Under the pieces are notes generated by a model, which was given only the letters and a program-made list of their open reading frames with translations, was not told the origin of the DNA and did not search any database. Of a stretch of DNA of 64,000 nucleotides, positions 63,601-64,000 are shown piece by piece. The DNA comes from Antedon mediterranea (lineage: Eukaryota > Animalia > Echinodermata): NCBI RefSeq assembly GCF_964355755.1, contig NC_092676.1, positions 10,021,888-10,085,887 of the forward strand, written 5' to 3'. A program made the translations under genes and the position numbers. Every line of letters starts with the position of its first letter. The stretch's first letter is position 1.

Positions 63601-64000
63601 GAGTAAAGCAGGGGTGCGTTCTCGCGCCTACACTCTTCGGCATATTCTTTTCCCTGTTACTATCATATGCCTTTCGTCAGTCAAATGAAGGAGTCTACCT
63701 ACATACTCGAAGTGACGGAAATCTCTTCAACCTTGCCCGCCTTCGCGCAAAGACCAAGGTGCGACGTCTACTTATTAGAGAGTTGCTCTTCGCTGATGAC
63801 GCTGCCATCACAGCCCACAGTGTAGAAGCACTCCAGCGCCTCATTGACTGCTTCTCACATGCATGCGAGGAGTTTGGCCTTACCATCAGCCTTAAGAAAA
63901 CGAACGTTCTAAGTCAAGACGCAGCCAATGCTCCTCCTAAGATCAAAATCGGCGATCATACTCTTGAGGTGGTGGACAAGTTCATTTACCTTGGTTCCAC
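60700..64000 (+). mobile_element. RTE-clade (BovB-like) LINE: long 5' region plus EN-RT ORF with one nonsense codon, running off the window
   Basis: FASWNVRT, AALQETR, YAPT, GDFNARVG, KVS*RHPRS (TGA 62190-62192), then the same frame continues through NYRGIS, PEAQCGFR, FIDLTKAFD, GVKQGCVLAP and FADDA. Visibly more GC-rich than the flanks. 5' limit approximate. Confidence 0.93.

Overview
AT-rich eukaryotic genomic DNA. It is probably from a marine invertebrate; the dense TAGGCCTA motifs and the TE repertoire suggest an echinoderm, but that is inference. The host content is two tandem, minus-strand paralogous genes for small four-TM MARVEL-domain (CMTM/MAL/plasmolipin-like) proteins. Each has four coding exons, which I reconstructed by hand from splice sites because the ORF track misses them. 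The rest is mostly transposable elements: an apparently intact two-gene PIF/Harbinger inside a four-level nest, Penelope-like pieces with hammerhead-type motifs, Academ-like relics, several MITE families, a solo LTR, a SINE, and CR1/L2/RTE LINEs. The most notable observations are: (1) a 15 x 153-bp array that matches the presumptive 5'-UTR exon/splice-donor region of the other paralog, i.e. an amplified first exon; (2) two related CAGTGGG-ended elements with 4-bp TSDs whose interiors are bracketed by paired 23-bp quasi-palindromic direct repeats at conserved distances from the ends; (3) a virus-like 2A/StopGo motif at the head of a LINE ORF2. All alignments were done by eye and no database searches were run.
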